From the NCBI GenBank assembly GCA_965662895.1, contig CBFIJH010000005.1, positions 1-64,000 of the forward strand: 64,000 nucleotides of DNA. Reading direction: 5' to 3'. The notes below the pieces were generated by a model. That model was not told the origin of the DNA. It did not search any database and saw nothing but the letters and a program-made list of their open reading frames with translations. Shown piece by piece: positions 1 to 10,900 of this stretch. Source of the DNA: Candidatus Poseidoniaceae archaeon (GTDB lineage: Archaea; Thermoplasmatota; Poseidoniia; Poseidoniales; Poseidoniaceae). Every line of letters starts with the position of its first letter. The first letter of the stretch is position 1. The position numbers were made by a program, and so were the translations under genes.

Positions 1-257
1 TGTCCGTGACCCTCGACGACGGAACAAAGATCGTGGAAAATGGACAAGCGGTATCGGGTGCAACTGTTGATCTGGTCACAGTCGACTACATCGCTGGCGG
101 AGGAGACCAGTGGTTCTACGACTGGCCTAACAAGGAAGCCGATTACATTGACATCGGTGCTCTTTATCAGCAGTCTCTATCCCAGTACATCGAGCAGTTC
201 CCAGACCTCTCAACCTACAGCTCAGTAGAAGGTAGGATAACTGCAATTACAGAGTGA
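1..257 (+). CDS. C-terminal end of a 5'-nucleotidase/metallophosphoesterase-type protein (truncated by window start)
   Basis: VTVDYIAGGGDQW...YIEQ...VEGRI resembles the 5'-nucleotidase C-terminal 'T.dyla.GGDgy...eGRI' pattern. Confidence 0.6.
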   Translation, partial: SVTLDDGTKIVENGQAVSGATVDLVTVDYIAGGGDQWFYDWPNKEADYIDIGALYQQSLSQYIEQFPDLSTYSSVEGRITAITE

Positions 258-462
258 CATCCCTGCCCTGTGATAAAGATACGAACCGTATGGTCGCCCA
301 GCTAACCCTATGATTCAGATTCTAGTCAATGGGTAGCGTTGTATATGACCCACCGAGAGCCCTTATGAATAAGCGGTTTGTGTACAAGGGTGTTTAGCAT
401 AACCCCTCGTGATCATAAGTAAACCACTTATTCAATTCGCAACAATGTTATCGAAAGGTAAG

Positions 463-1227
463 TTATTCTCCATGCTTCCAATCTGGATAGTAAATTTTAG
501 TGGCTTCATTTGCGGTCTTCATATCATAACCTTGGTGCAACAGACTTTGGTAATAAGAAAGTGCGTCTGGGTTGTTCATTGGTTGGGTCAAAACATTTGC
601 TGTTTGCTGAACAGTAGATGAAGGTGAGAAGAAAGGTTGGCCAAGATTTGAGCCATTTTGAAGCACTACAAGATTGGTTTTATTATCTTTAATCATGAAG
701 GCTGAGACACCCCCTATTATCAGAAATAATACACCACAGCAACATCCCCAAACCCCTAATCCAGCAAGCAAAAATCCCTCTGAACCTGGTAAATCATCAT
801 AATCGCTGGTGTAAATTTCAATTTCACCATCTCCAGAGAATTCAAGTGTTCTCACATCTCGTTCTCCACTATATTCGAGTTCGCCAATGTAAGATATTGC
901 TCTTCCAGTGGCTTTTGAAACTCCTGAAAAACAACTATCTTGAGATTCACAGTTGATGAAGTAATTGTTTTCATCTGCCCCACTTAGAGAGACTTCAATT
1001 TGGTCTCCAGTGGAGACGAAAATATAGACGAATTTGCCTGAATCAAGATTTGAAGCATCCCATGAGTTTGGAGACGACCCACTCCATTCAAGGTTCAAGT
1101 CAATTTCTTCCTCATCTTCTTCCAGTATTTGATCAAAGGCAAATCCATAGCCTATGATCATCACAATAAACGAAACTAGGGTTAGGACAATGCCTACAAC
1201 TAACATCAATCTTGTGAATTTGTGCAT
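463..1227 (-). CDS. hypothetical membrane protein (N-terminal TM, acidic extracellular domain, second TM with CCC, cytoplasmic tail)
   Basis: 254-aa ORF with two hydrophobic segments, in AT-rich DNA. Confidence 0.7.
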   Translation of the reverse strand: MHKFTRLMLVVGIVLTLVSFIVMIIGYGFAFDQILEEDEEEIDLNLEWSGSSPNSWDASNLDSGKFVYIFVSTGDQIEVSLSGADENNYFINCESQDSCFSGVSKATGRAISYIGELEYSGERDVRTLEFSGDGEIEIYTSDYDDLPGSEGFLLAGLGVWGCCCGVLFLIIGGVSAFMIKDNKTNLVVLQNGSNLGQPFFSPSSTVQQTANVLTQPMNNPDALSYYQSLLHQGYDMKTANEATKIYYPDWKHGE

Positions 1228-1444
1228 ACTGCCCCTACGCTCCTCTAACTCTTATTCTTTGGGCAAGAAGTTTCTGGTGTACACAAGGGGGCCCCTTGTA
1301 CACGCAGGCAGCCACGTGGGTACCGTTGCAGTCGTATACGCATACGAGGGGACCCCTTTGATTCATTCTTCGCAATGGAGTTTTTGAAGTAAAACCTGTT
1401 AGGGACCTCTAGGAGGGGTTTTCCTGTTTTTTTGGTACAAACAA

Positions 1445-1669
1445 TTGCGTTTTAAGAATCAATGGCTAATTATTCCGTTGATAATGGCTGTGGGTTTATT
1501 TTCTGGAGGATTTCAGGAAGGTTATTACGGAGCAATGGGCCAAGACTACAATCACGAAGAGAGTTCATTCATCACGATATTGATCTCTATTTCCTTAATT
1601 ACTGCTTATTGTGTTTTCAAGTATTTCACTTATGATGGAGATCGAAAATTCGAAGAGGAAAATAAGTGA
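1445..1669 (+). CDS. small two-TM hypothetical protein
   Basis: 74-aa ORF, two hydrophobic stretches, TTG start (uncertain). Confidence 0.45.
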   Translation: MRFKNQWLIIPLIMAVGLFSGGFQEGYYGAMGQDYNHEESSFITILISISLITAYCVFKYFTYDGDRKFEEENK

Positions 1670-1742
1670 ATTTCAGAAAAATATCCACTGAATGTAGCGT
1701 GAATAAGTCGCTTTACGATTTATCAAATGGGTATTGCAAAAG

Positions 1743-1809
1743 ACCCATGTAACCAAAATGAGTTTGTACATGGGCTTGGCGTGGGCTCTATTCATGGCTA
1801 CCCATGTAA
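1743..1809. repeat. three copies of CCCATGTA (two direct, one inverted); possible hairpin/terminator or binding sites
   Basis: ACCCATGTAA at 1743-1752 and 1800-1809; TACATGGG at 1767-1774, between convergent genes. Confidence 0.5.
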
Positions 1810-1820
1810 ACAGTCCTTCG

Positions 1821-2522
1821 TCACCCTTTTCTTTGCCTCAATGCTTCAACAGCGAGAACACTGATTGCAACTTGAAGATTGTAAGATGGAACAAATCCAT
1901 CCATTGGCAATCGGACAACCTCATCGCATGCTTCCAGAACTTCTTGCGAAACGCCATCTCGTTCAGCTCCGACAACAAAGAGAACATTTCCTGTAAGGTC
2001 CGCATTCCAAGGTTCAACCGTTCCTACATCTTCGGCTGCAATGATTCTGAAATTGTTCTTCTTTGCTTCGTTGATAATGGATGTTGTATCGCTGTAAACG
2101 ACTGGAATGAATCGATCTGCACGCATGCTTGAGCGACGAATTGTCCTTCGATCTTGGTGTGTTCTTGAAATGTTGAGAACGACTGCATCTGCACCACTGA
2201 CTTCAATGGTTCGGATTCCGAATCCGAGATTTGTTGGATACTGGACGCCATCGAGCAGCCAGATTGAACCGCCACGTTGGAAGATTTCCTCCAAGGAACC
2301 ATGTGGTTCCCGCCCGAGTAATGCTAGTGCGTCTGTGCTGCCGGCAGCAGACATACGCCAAAGGTCGTTGGTCGATCCTTCCTCGAGAGGAATGCCTTGT
2401 CGTTCACATTCTTGACGTAGTGGTTTGGTGTCCATTTCTCGGTCAACGAGAACAAGTCGAATTCCATGGTCCGTTTGAAGCATGGAAAGAATTGTTTCGG
2501 AACCTTGCACCTGATGAGCCAT
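1821..2522 (-). CDS. SpoU/TrmH-family RNA 2'-O-methyltransferase
   Basis: LDGVQYPTNLGFGIRT, VVGAERDGVS, LPMDGFVPSYNLQVA match SPOUT motifs 1-3. Confidence 0.9.
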   Translation of the reverse strand: MAHQVQGSETILSMLQTDHGIRLVLVDREMDTKPLRQECERQGIPLEEGSTNDLWRMSAAGSTDALALLGREPHGSLEEIFQRGGSIWLLDGVQYPTNLGFGIRTIEVSGADAVVLNISRTHQDRRTIRRSSMRADRFIPVVYSDTTSIINEAKKNNFRIIAAEDVGTVEPWNADLTGNVLFVVGAERDGVSQEVLEACDEVVRLPMDGFVPSYNLQVAISVLAVEALRQRKG

Positions 2523-2565
2523 GATTCAGGGTCAGGGGTTGTAATGTTTGATGTTAATGGCGAAA

Positions 2566-2793
2566 TCACAGAGGTGTATTGATGCCAATGGCTCGTGCAA
2601 TGCACCAACCTTTGCGTGCTTCGAAGATGGCGAAAGCACCTCCAAACACGCTTCCTGCGACTGCAAGCCAGCCGAGAGAAGCAGGAAGGACACTCAAATA
2701 GGTCAGAAGAGCAATTGCGATACCAAATGCAATTGCGAGAATCCCAGTGTAGAGGCGAGCGAGTCGTCCTTTTCTATCAATGTTGCACTCCAT
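2566..2793 (-). CDS. small two-TM membrane protein (YgaP/DUF2892-like)
   Basis: MECNIDRKGRLAR...GWCIARAIGINT pattern; ATG 2793 lies 24 nt after TTCAAA. Confidence 0.65.
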   Translation of the reverse strand: MECNIDRKGRLARLYTGILAIAFGIAIALLTYLSVLPASLGWLAVAGSVFGGAFAIFEARKGWCIARAIGINTPL

Positions 2794-2878
2794 CAGGTTT
2801 ACCTGTAGTGCTGAATATTTGAATACGTGTTTCAAGAGTAGGCATATTTTCAAATGCAAATCTCATTTGTTTCCAGGT

Positions 2879-3256
2879 ATGGGAAAGAAACACAGCCCGA
2901 AGTTTTTGGCGACGGTCGAACAGTCTCGCTCGATGATCCAGGAATGCGATGTTGCTCAATTTTCGAGGATGTTGAACGATGGTCAAGATCTTGTTGTCAT
3001 CGACGTTCGTGAACGACATGAATACGAGGCTGGTCGATTTGAAGGAGCTCTTCACCTGAGCAAAGGGGTTCTCGAGCGAGACATCGAAAAACATCCTATC
3101 CCAGAAGATGCTCGAATTGTCTTGTACTGTGGTGGTGGCTTTCGCTCTGCGCTTGCTGCAGAATCCCTTGTCCGAATGGGCTATTCCAACGTCTATTCCC
3201 TGTGGGGTGGTTGGAGAAGCCTTGTGCAAGAAGGTCTTGCAAAACCCATCGAATGA
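2879..3256 (+). CDS. single-domain rhodanese/sulfurtransferase
   Basis: IDVRERHEY, LYCGGGFRS active-site loop, SLWGGWRS. Confidence 0.9.
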   Translation: MGKKHSPKFLATVEQSRSMIQECDVAQFSRMLNDGQDLVVIDVRERHEYEAGRFEGALHLSKGVLERDIEKHPIPEDARIVLYCGGGFRSALAAESLVRMGYSNVYSLWGGWRSLVQEGLAKPIE

Positions 3257-3348
3257 ACAACATTTCAGTACTTTGTTGAAACCTCAATCGATGGACAGAC
3301 TCATAAAGGGGTTCAAAGTCCGCGAGTTGCTCCCATTGAGGTGTTACC

Positions 3349-3951
3349 ATGGCAAAAGGACTCCACCATTATGTTCGTGAAACTTGGAAGAAGCCAAAAG
3401 AGGCTCTCCCGCACATGTTCCGTCAGACTCGAATGGCCCAGTGGCGCCGCGAGCCTGTCAATTGCCGCATCGAGCGTCCAACTCGCCTCGATGCCGCTCG
3501 CCGATTAGGCTACAAAGCCAAGCAAGGTGTTGTCCTTATCCGTACCCGTGTCCGCCGTGGTGGACTTCGTAAGGGTAAGATTCACATGAAGCGTAAACCA
3601 TCCAAGGCTGGTATCTCCAAGATTACCATGGCAAAGAACACTCAGCGCATCGCTGAGGAGCGTGTCGCCCGCCACTTCCCGAACCTTGAGGTTCTCAACT
3701 CCTACTGGGTTGGCGAAGACGGAAAGCACAAGTTCTTCGAAGTCATCATGATCGACACACACCATCCTGCTATCATCAACGACAAGCAACTCGGTGTCTT
3801 CTGTCAAGCCAACGGAAACAACAGCCACCGTGGCCGTGCTTACCGTGGCAAGACCTCCGCTGGAAAGCGTGGTCGTGGTCTCTTCAACAAGGGTAAGGGT
3901 GCAGAGAAGTTGCGACCCTCCCTCAAGGCCAACCTCAACCGTGGCAAGTGA
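3349..3951 (+). CDS. rpl15e: 50S ribosomal protein L15e
   Basis: RIERPTRLDAARRLGYKAKQG, NLEVLNSYWVGEDG, RGKTSAG; GAGGTG SD. Confidence 0.98.
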   Translation: MAKGLHHYVRETWKKPKEALPHMFRQTRMAQWRREPVNCRIERPTRLDAARRLGYKAKQGVVLIRTRVRRGGLRKGKIHMKRKPSKAGISKITMAKNTQRIAEERVARHFPNLEVLNSYWVGEDGKHKFFEVIMIDTHHPAIINDKQLGVFCQANGNNSHRGRAYRGKTSAGKRGRGLFNKGKGAEKLRPSLKANLNRGK

Positions 3952-4008
3952 AATCAAGCGTTTGTTTGATGTTCTTGTTCTTCCTGCCTGTACCAAGGAG
4001 GGGAACCT

Positions 4009-4266
4009 ATGAGCAAAGGTGAGCGAAATTTATCGCAACTATCTGGTCTCCAAGTCTACCTCCCAAATGGCCGATTGCTCGGTGTTGTGCATGATGCCGT
4101 TGTTGAACATGCAAGCCTTTCATGCACCCATTTGTTCGTCACAGATACGCCGGATGATCTTGTTGAGGGTTCCATCCACGTTGCAGTCCCATGGCGATGG
4201 GTACGGTCGATCGGTGATGCTGTGATTCTTCGATGGTTCCCTGAGACTCCAATCCCACGCCGATGA
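4009..4266 (+). CDS. PRC-barrel domain protein
   Basis: LSGLQVYLPNGRLLGVVHD...VPWRWVRSIGDAVIL. Confidence 0.85.
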   Translation: MSKGERNLSQLSGLQVYLPNGRLLGVVHDAVVEHASLSCTHLFVTDTPDDLVEGSIHVAVPWRWVRSIGDAVILRWFPETPIPRR

Positions 4267-4275
4267 GGTGAGAAA

Positions 4276-5424
4276 ATGATGGAGCTTCACATACTTGGGA
4301 CTGCGTCGGCGCGACCGACGTCGACACGAAGTGTGAGTGGAAGTGTGTTTTCATGTCAAGAAGGCATCGTGGTTCTTGATGCTGGAGAGGGATTCCAGAT
4401 TCGTTATTCCAAACAACGCAGTCAATTAAAACGCCAAGCAGAACCTTCTCTATTACGCCCGAATAGAATCGTAGCAGTGGCTTTGACTCACGGCCATTTG
4501 GATCACACCTGGGGGCTGCTGCCGTTCTTGCAGACGCTTTCACTTGATGGCCGGCAACAACCACTCATTGTCTATGGGCCAACATCCTCGGAAATTCTTG
4601 ATGAACTTGCGACTAACGGCGTCACGGCTTTGCTACCAAAGGATACACCTTCGGCTGAATTGTTGAATCAGTATCGTGCGTGGTTTGACCTTGGAGGTAC
4701 ATCAACGCATCTTGGCTACAAAGTGCGATGGTTGTTGGGCAATCCCCAATCTGGGCGCTGGGTTGAGTTTGTCGATGATGCATCTGGATTGATTTGGCAT
4801 GATTCCATGCCCCAACCTGATGCATTCAAAGAGTTCAGAATGGATTCAATTCCAACGCAACATAGCGTTCCTTCATGCGCATGGCAACTTTCTCGAAAAG
4901 AGCGAAAAGGGTCTTTTGATCGCGACAAAGCAACGCTAACTGGATTGTCGCAAGAAGAACGAAAGATGCTCTCACAAGGAATCGATCTTGAACGAGCGGA
5001 TGGAGAACTTCTACGCGCTTCCAACTTCCGAGGCCCTTCAAAACCAGCTGTAAGCATGATTGTCTCTGGCGATACGGCAGAACAAGCAATACATCCAATT
5101 GCTCCTGTTACCGTTCTCATCCATGAGGCAACGTTCCTCAATGAATCGGCAGACAAAGCGGATGCACATCTTCACAGTACCGCTGCAGGAGCTGCACGTA
5201 CAGCTTTACAATGCAAAGCCGAACATCTCATCCTTACCCATTTTTCAGCACGTCTCCGTGATGTTGGGGAAGCGATTGAGGAAGCAAGAGAGATACTGGG
5301 CGAAACCTGCGGATTGGATGCAGCCTCAGATGGAGACCGAGTACGTATTGGTGAAAACGGAAACGCATTCTTCCTCAAAGCATCGCAGAGTGGCTGGGTT
5401 CAGCACAAACTGTCGCATCATTGA
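4276..5424 (+). CDS. rnz: ribonuclease Z (tRNA 3' endonuclease, metallo-beta-lactamase fold)
   Basis: LGTASARPT, DAGEG, THGHLDH, SGDT, IHEATF, HLHST, LTHFSAR. Confidence 0.93.
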   Translation: MMELHILGTASARPTSTRSVSGSVFSCQEGIVVLDAGEGFQIRYSKQRSQLKRQAEPSLLRPNRIVAVALTHGHLDHTWGLLPFLQTLSLDGRQQPLIVYGPTSSEILDELATNGVTALLPKDTPSAELLNQYRAWFDLGGTSTHLGYKVRWLLGNPQSGRWVEFVDDASGLIWHDSMPQPDAFKEFRMDSIPTQHSVPSCAWQLSRKERKGSFDRDKATLTGLSQEERKMLSQGIDLERADGELLRASNFRGPSKPAVSMIVSGDTAEQAIHPIAPVTVLIHEATFLNESADKADAHLHSTAAGAARTALQCKAEHLILTHFSARLRDVGEAIEEAREILGETCGLDAASDGDRVRIGENGNAFFLKASQSGWVQHKLSHH

Positions 5425-5449
5425 AAGAGTATGCAATGAAGGGAAGCGT

Positions 5450-7921
5450 ATGCATTCGAGGAAAGTCGTTGCAGTTCTCGCTCTCGTCATCTGTATGTCA
5501 CTTGCACCGTTGGTTTCGGGCACATCAGCAAGGGCAGTGCCTTCTTGCAGTACAGAGTCCTCCTCAACGTTTGCGTCACAAGTCCCTGTTGACGATGGGG
5601 AATGCGTTGAATTGTCGCTTGGATTGCTCACGCCGGGTGATGTTTACGAAATTACAGTTCTCGTTATTGATGACGCTCTCGATGTTCTTGTTTTTGATGA
5701 AGCAGGTTTGCAGCCGTATCTTTTGGGACAATCCTATCGTTCAGCCTATCAGCAAATACCTTCAACAGAGTTTGCAAATGGTTCCTATGAATTCCATTGG
5801 AAGGTTCCACTGTCCATTTCAGAAAAATCCTGGACCATCGTCGTCGATAATCTCGCACACGATGGTGACCAAGGAAACGGCGATCAAGGAGGAAACATTG
5901 GTCGCGTTTCAATCTCAATAACAAAACTCAACGATGGTCCATGGACGTCGTACCATGACCTCCTTGGAATCATTCCAGGGGGGTATTTGACCTTGCTTGA
6001 AGGTGATGAGTTACGACTTGAGGAAGGAACAGCAGTGTCTGTTACCGCATGGTCGCTCGAAGGCTTTGGTGATGTATATCTCCAATCGGAAGCCATGAAT
6101 GCAAACTACCTGTCTGGCCAGTCCAATGTTGCGCTCGCGGGTGCTTCTTTGCTCGGAGTCGATGGAACGGCATCGTTCAACTGGGTCGTTCCTGAAGCCT
6201 TTGCGGACCAGCCGCTCAAACTCGTGGTTGATAACACCAACAACCCGGATGGTCAGGGCGACGGATCAACCACTCTTCGAATAACCATTCGCGTTGAATT
6301 AACACCGGTCATGAAGGCTATGTTTGTTGCGGAAAATCAAACGGTTGCCCTCAACACGGCTCTCAATTTTGATGCGTCATCTTCACCCAACAACCTTGGA
6401 CAAATCGATCAATACGTTTGGGATTTTGACGCATCCGTCGACGCTAATAACGATGGTGACGCGACAAACGATGTTGATGCAGTGGGCATGATGGCCTCGA
6501 CTTCATGGGCAAGTCCAGGTGAAAAAACAGTCTCGCTTACCGTTTCCAGTGCACTTGGTTTTGACCGATTGCAAAGCAACATAACCGTTGTTGATGAGAC
6601 CAAACCCATCGCTCGAATAACAGGGTCGTCAACTTCATCAGCAATACCAATTCAAGGAGGGTGGCGAATTGAGCACGGAGAAACAGTCACACTTTCGTGT
6701 GCAACGAGTACCGATAATCACCAAATTGCTGCCTGTTCGTGGTCGATTGACGGAAGTCCCTTTGGTCAACAGACGACTGCTTCTTTCAATTGGTCTGACA
6801 TCGGAACGCATGAAGCTGGTTTGATTGTTCTTGATGCGAGTGGAAACAGTCAATCCGCCACTGCGCAGATTCTCGTGACGGATTCAACGGTCCCCCGTCT
6901 CAATGAAGCACTGCTTGATGCACTTGAAAACCAAGCTATTGAAGGCCAAACGGTCGCATTCAGCGTGACCGCTTTTGACGGATACGATGCGAATACGGAC
7001 TTACGATTCCACTGGGATGTGAATCCGCTTGAGGACAGCGATGCGAATGGAAACTTGTTGGACGATCCAGACTACATTGGTTCACGTACGGATATTGTTT
7101 TCGATTCCCCCGGTACGAAGACAGTCATTGTCACCGTTTTCGATAAATCGAACAACAGCGATAGTCACACCTTTTCAGTGATTGTTAGCGAAGCTGAAAC
7201 TGAAGAAACCGATTATGCCATTTTTGTGGTGGTTATCTTTGCTGGCCTAGTTACGATGTCCATCGCTCTAATTGGTTATCGACGTTGGCAGTCGAGCATT
7301 GCGTTGAAACTTCTCACGGATCGAGGCTTGCCCGAAAATGAAGCGAGATCTCACATGGCGATGGTGAAACAAACCCAACGTCTTCCTCTATTTGCAAAAG
7401 CGATTCAACTCGCAGGTCTTGCTTCAGGCGGTGAAGTTGTATCGCAAGAAGAGGAGGAGAAGGCTAGAAAAGAGGCTGAACTTCAATCGATTTATGGTTC
7501 TGCGACAGGTTCAGAAATACCTCCACAAGCTCAATTTGCCCCTCAAATGCAGCTTTCCCAAGCCTCGAGCCAAGCAGCAAATGAAGCAGCAGCGCTGTTC
7601 TTTGATGATGAACCACAGGCACCGAAATCGGTTCCAACAAAAGATGGACTTGACGAATTGCTCGAACTGAATGCTCCAAAGCCAGAAGCAAATCCTCCAC
7701 CTCCTGGAATCGAATTACCCAAACCAATCGACTTACCTCCTTTGGAAAACGAAGCATCTGAGGCACCGAAGGAACCCCCTGTTTCATCTGAAAACACCAA
7801 CCTTCTCCGAGGTATGTGTTCCAGTTGTTCCTTGGAATTCCAAGTTCCAATGCCAGTCGGTGTCAAGGAAGCGATTGTTGTTTGCCCATCCTGCTCTTCT
7901 GAGCAACTGTTCCAACGTTGA
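5450..7921 (+). CDS. PKD-domain surface protein with TM anchor, Pro/Glu-rich cytoplasmic linker and C-terminal Zn ribbon
   Basis: signal peptide from ATG 5450; FDASSS...YVWDFD and FHWD PKD-like repeats; TM; CSSC...CPSC. Confidence 0.8.
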   Translation: MHSRKVVAVLALVICMSLAPLVSGTSARAVPSCSTESSSTFASQVPVDDGECVELSLGLLTPGDVYEITVLVIDDALDVLVFDEAGLQPYLLGQSYRSAYQQIPSTEFANGSYEFHWKVPLSISEKSWTIVVDNLAHDGDQGNGDQGGNIGRVSISITKLNDGPWTSYHDLLGIIPGGYLTLLEGDELRLEEGTAVSVTAWSLEGFGDVYLQSEAMNANYLSGQSNVALAGASLLGVDGTASFNWVVPEAFADQPLKLVVDNTNNPDGQGDGSTTLRITIRVELTPVMKAMFVAENQTVALNTALNFDASSSPNNLGQIDQYVWDFDASVDANNDGDATNDVDAVGMMASTSWASPGEKTVSLTVSSALGFDRLQSNITVVDETKPIARITGSSTSSAIPIQGGWRIEHGETVTLSCATSTDNHQIAACSWSIDGSPFGQQTTASFNWSDIGTHEAGLIVLDASGNSQSATAQILVTDSTVPRLNEALLDALENQAIEGQTVAFSVTAFDGYDANTDLRFHWDVNPLEDSDANGNLLDDPDYIGSRTDIVFDSPGTKTVIVTVFDKSNNSDSHTFSVIVSEAETEETDYAIFVVVIFAGLVTMSIALIGYRRWQSSIALKLLTDRGLPENEARSHMAMVKQTQRLPLFAKAIQLAGLASGGEVVSQEEEEKARKEAELQSIYGSATGSEIPPQAQFAPQMQLSQASSQAANEAAALFFDDEPQAPKSVPTKDGLDELLELNAPKPEANPPPPGIELPKPIDLPPLENEASEAPKEPPVSSENTNLLRGMCSSCSLEFQVPMPVGVKEAIVVCPSCSSEQLFQR

Positions 7922-7996
7922 ATGAGTCGTCAACAACCGTTCTCTGTTTGCACAATTCGGGGATGGGTTCAGATATGAGTTCTCCAACCTCCAATC

Positions 7997-10900
7997 ATGG
8001 TCGAGGAAGCGATTCGTTTGATTCGGCCTGGGCTGCATCAACCAAAACGTGGACGATTGGCGGTCTTTCTGGTCATGGTCCTTCTTATCCCCGTGTTCCA
8101 GCCCGTCCAAGCAGATGTCTCGGTTGAGAGGGATGATTTTGGTCTGATGGAGAAACTTTCAGATCTTATGGAACTCCAAGAATCTAGTGACGATACCGTC
8201 ATTGCAGCAGGCTCTTCGGCTTCTTCTCTTGCTTTGGTCGAAGCAGCAAAGCGAGAGAGTCGTGAAGGCGATCCCCTGAACGATTCAACGGAATATCTGA
8301 GCCAGACACAACTCAGAGATACGTCACCTCCTGAGCCTGAACATCCTCGCCCGTATGAGATTCTTCTTGACACCAGCACACAGCCTGAAGGCTGGCCGAA
8401 CAACCTTGTTCAAACGCTCTTTTCACTCGAATCATGGGACATCAATGACCCTTTGGCAGTTGGAATTAACACCTACGCATTGTACATTAATTTCTCTAGC
8501 AGGGATAATGGTCCACAATACGAGGCTTGGGATTATGGAACGTTTACAGGAGAATTATTCGTTGGGACGGACCTTGTCTTGTTTGAGAATTACATCGATA
8601 TCGATGGCGATTCTGTCGACGATGTCTCCATCTCGTTGACCGTTCTTGGACTGTTAACGCTGAACGAAGGATTTGGCTTTGAACCGCCATTGAATCCTCT
8701 CAATCCTCTCAACATTCCCGATACCTTGTGGCTACGCCCGACCTTCCAATGGAAAATTGATTATCTGAATGAGAACGATCCGATTTGGGACGAACTCGCT
8801 CACATGGAGGTCTCATTGCTCAAAGGGCTGGCTTTTGATTCAGCAATTCAAGACTCAGAATCCTATGCTCTCGTGCTTGATACGCGACTTACGCAACCGC
8901 CAAACAATTTCAGAGTTGAAGTAGGTATCCAAGAATTCCGATTCAGCATTTCCAACACAATCGGCAATGTTTTTGGTATTTTGACCGATTTTTTGACTGG
9001 AGGTGCATTACCAGCAAATGCGCTCTCACTCACATCGGTTTCTGCCCCTTATTCAATTTCGATACGGAACTCAAATTCGAATTCACAAAACAGACAGACT
9101 GAATGCGATACTTCGTACTATGATGTATTCAACGATCACAGTACCAAAAGTGAGGAACACAAATGTGGTTACGGAGTGGGTATTGGATTCATTCAATTCG
9201 ATCAGATCGACCAAGTCGGACAAACAGAAATCATCGATATGGGGTACATCGATGTCGGCTTCCATCCCGAGTATGGCTCAAATCTCTTGCCGGAAGAGGT
9301 TGATCTTGTCCTACGCAACGATAATCTCGGCGACAACACCTTTGACACGGTTGAACTGTACAGCAATATTGGTGCGGATTTGTGGCTGCATTATTTTGAA
9401 GATCGGAGCAATACACTCGAAGCTGGGACGTTCGGAAACACAACCGATTCACAACTTTGGATTCGTGGAATTCCATCAGGAACACTGCCTCAAGAAGAAA
9501 TCAATGCGATTTTTACGATGATTGGAGAAGCACCGGAAAGCACGAACTTGCCAGGAGATATTCCCGATCGGCTCTCATTCATCCTCGCCATCAAGAATTT
9601 CTCAGGAGATGCAACCGCAAACCAGAACGATTTGACATTGCCTGTCAATCCTGCAGCACCTCCTTCAACGCTCATTCTGATCGCTGGGACGGAACGAATC
9701 AAATCCCTCTCCTACAATTCAACTCTCAAGCGAGGTGGATTTGCAAACGATGTAAGTTCCCTCACCATTCAGGTAGAAAATCTTCCTGAGGTCCTTATCC
9801 TCAAGGGTAGTTTCCAACTGTCTTCAACAGGCCTCTCACGTGTGAACTTCAACAACCCTGACTTGAATACAATTGCACAACTTCTCGACAATGCTTTGCT
9901 AACGCTTGTTGAGATTGTTCTTGATTTGGGCTCGATTCTCAACACGCTTCCCGATCTGATTGTTGGAACTGCTGGTAGTTCAGGCGGAGAACTTGAAGTT
10001 CTCTGTTTGAGTCAAGTCCGGCAAACGTGGTCGAACGGTGAAGTTCGGGCACCGAGTAGCCTCGGAAAGATTTCCATGGCCATTGGTAGCAGTGATCATC
10101 CGTGGTTGACGGATTCCGATCACATTCTCCTTTCCCAAGATACGGAAATTGAGAAGATTGATGGGAGGGATGGTCCAGTCGAACCACTTGTTCCGGTGGC
10201 GATGAGCATTCGCGTTTCGAACATTTCAAGGGTGTATCAGTCCTACGATCCTGTAACCAGTGTCCGTGCGCTCGAGTTGCAGGGGCAACAATCTGGCGCC
10301 CTTCTTGTCGGTCATATTCGTCATTCAGGTACCAATTTTGCCAATGTCACCGCACAGTCGGCCATGTTTTCAAATCGGCCCGCAGATTTGAGCGTGGTTC
10401 AAGATCCGGAAAAATTGGTCTACACTGCAAGCGAACCGATTGGAACGATTACGTACGGTGGCGAACAAGGCCTTCAACGCAATGCGATACGACTTGAGGG
10501 GTTGCCTGCTCAATTCCAATTAAACATCGGTGATGACATTGGATTCCAAGCACAAACGCCGATTACGTCGATCATGGTTCAAATGACCAATGCAACGACG
10601 CCACTGACAATGAATGGTGACCACTTCCGCTTCTGGGTTGATGCTGACACGGCTCAGGCATCGCTGAGTGCGAAGATTTCCAATGTACAATCTGTGCAAC
10701 GTTATTCGCCAATCGATGCGAATTCCACTGGACCTGAAGGGAGCGCTAGGTATTCGCTCCAACGTCAAGTATCCTCTCCGTTCAGCATTTCGATGGAGGA
10801 TGTGAGCAATTACGACGACCCATTCCTCGGTCTCAATGGTATGATGCGTCTTGAGCCATTGCCTGCAAACCTTGAGATTCTCCTTCCGAGTGATATGGAT

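Noticed and set aside
1270-1810. Integron attC cassette array
   Set aside because: Bulged stems are present, but no clear RYYYAAC/GTTRRRY core pairs and no integrase in the window
5060-5449. 130-aa N-terminal extension of the PKD protein overlapping rnz
   Set aside because: The signal peptide starts at ATG 5450; the extension is the alternative frame of rnz
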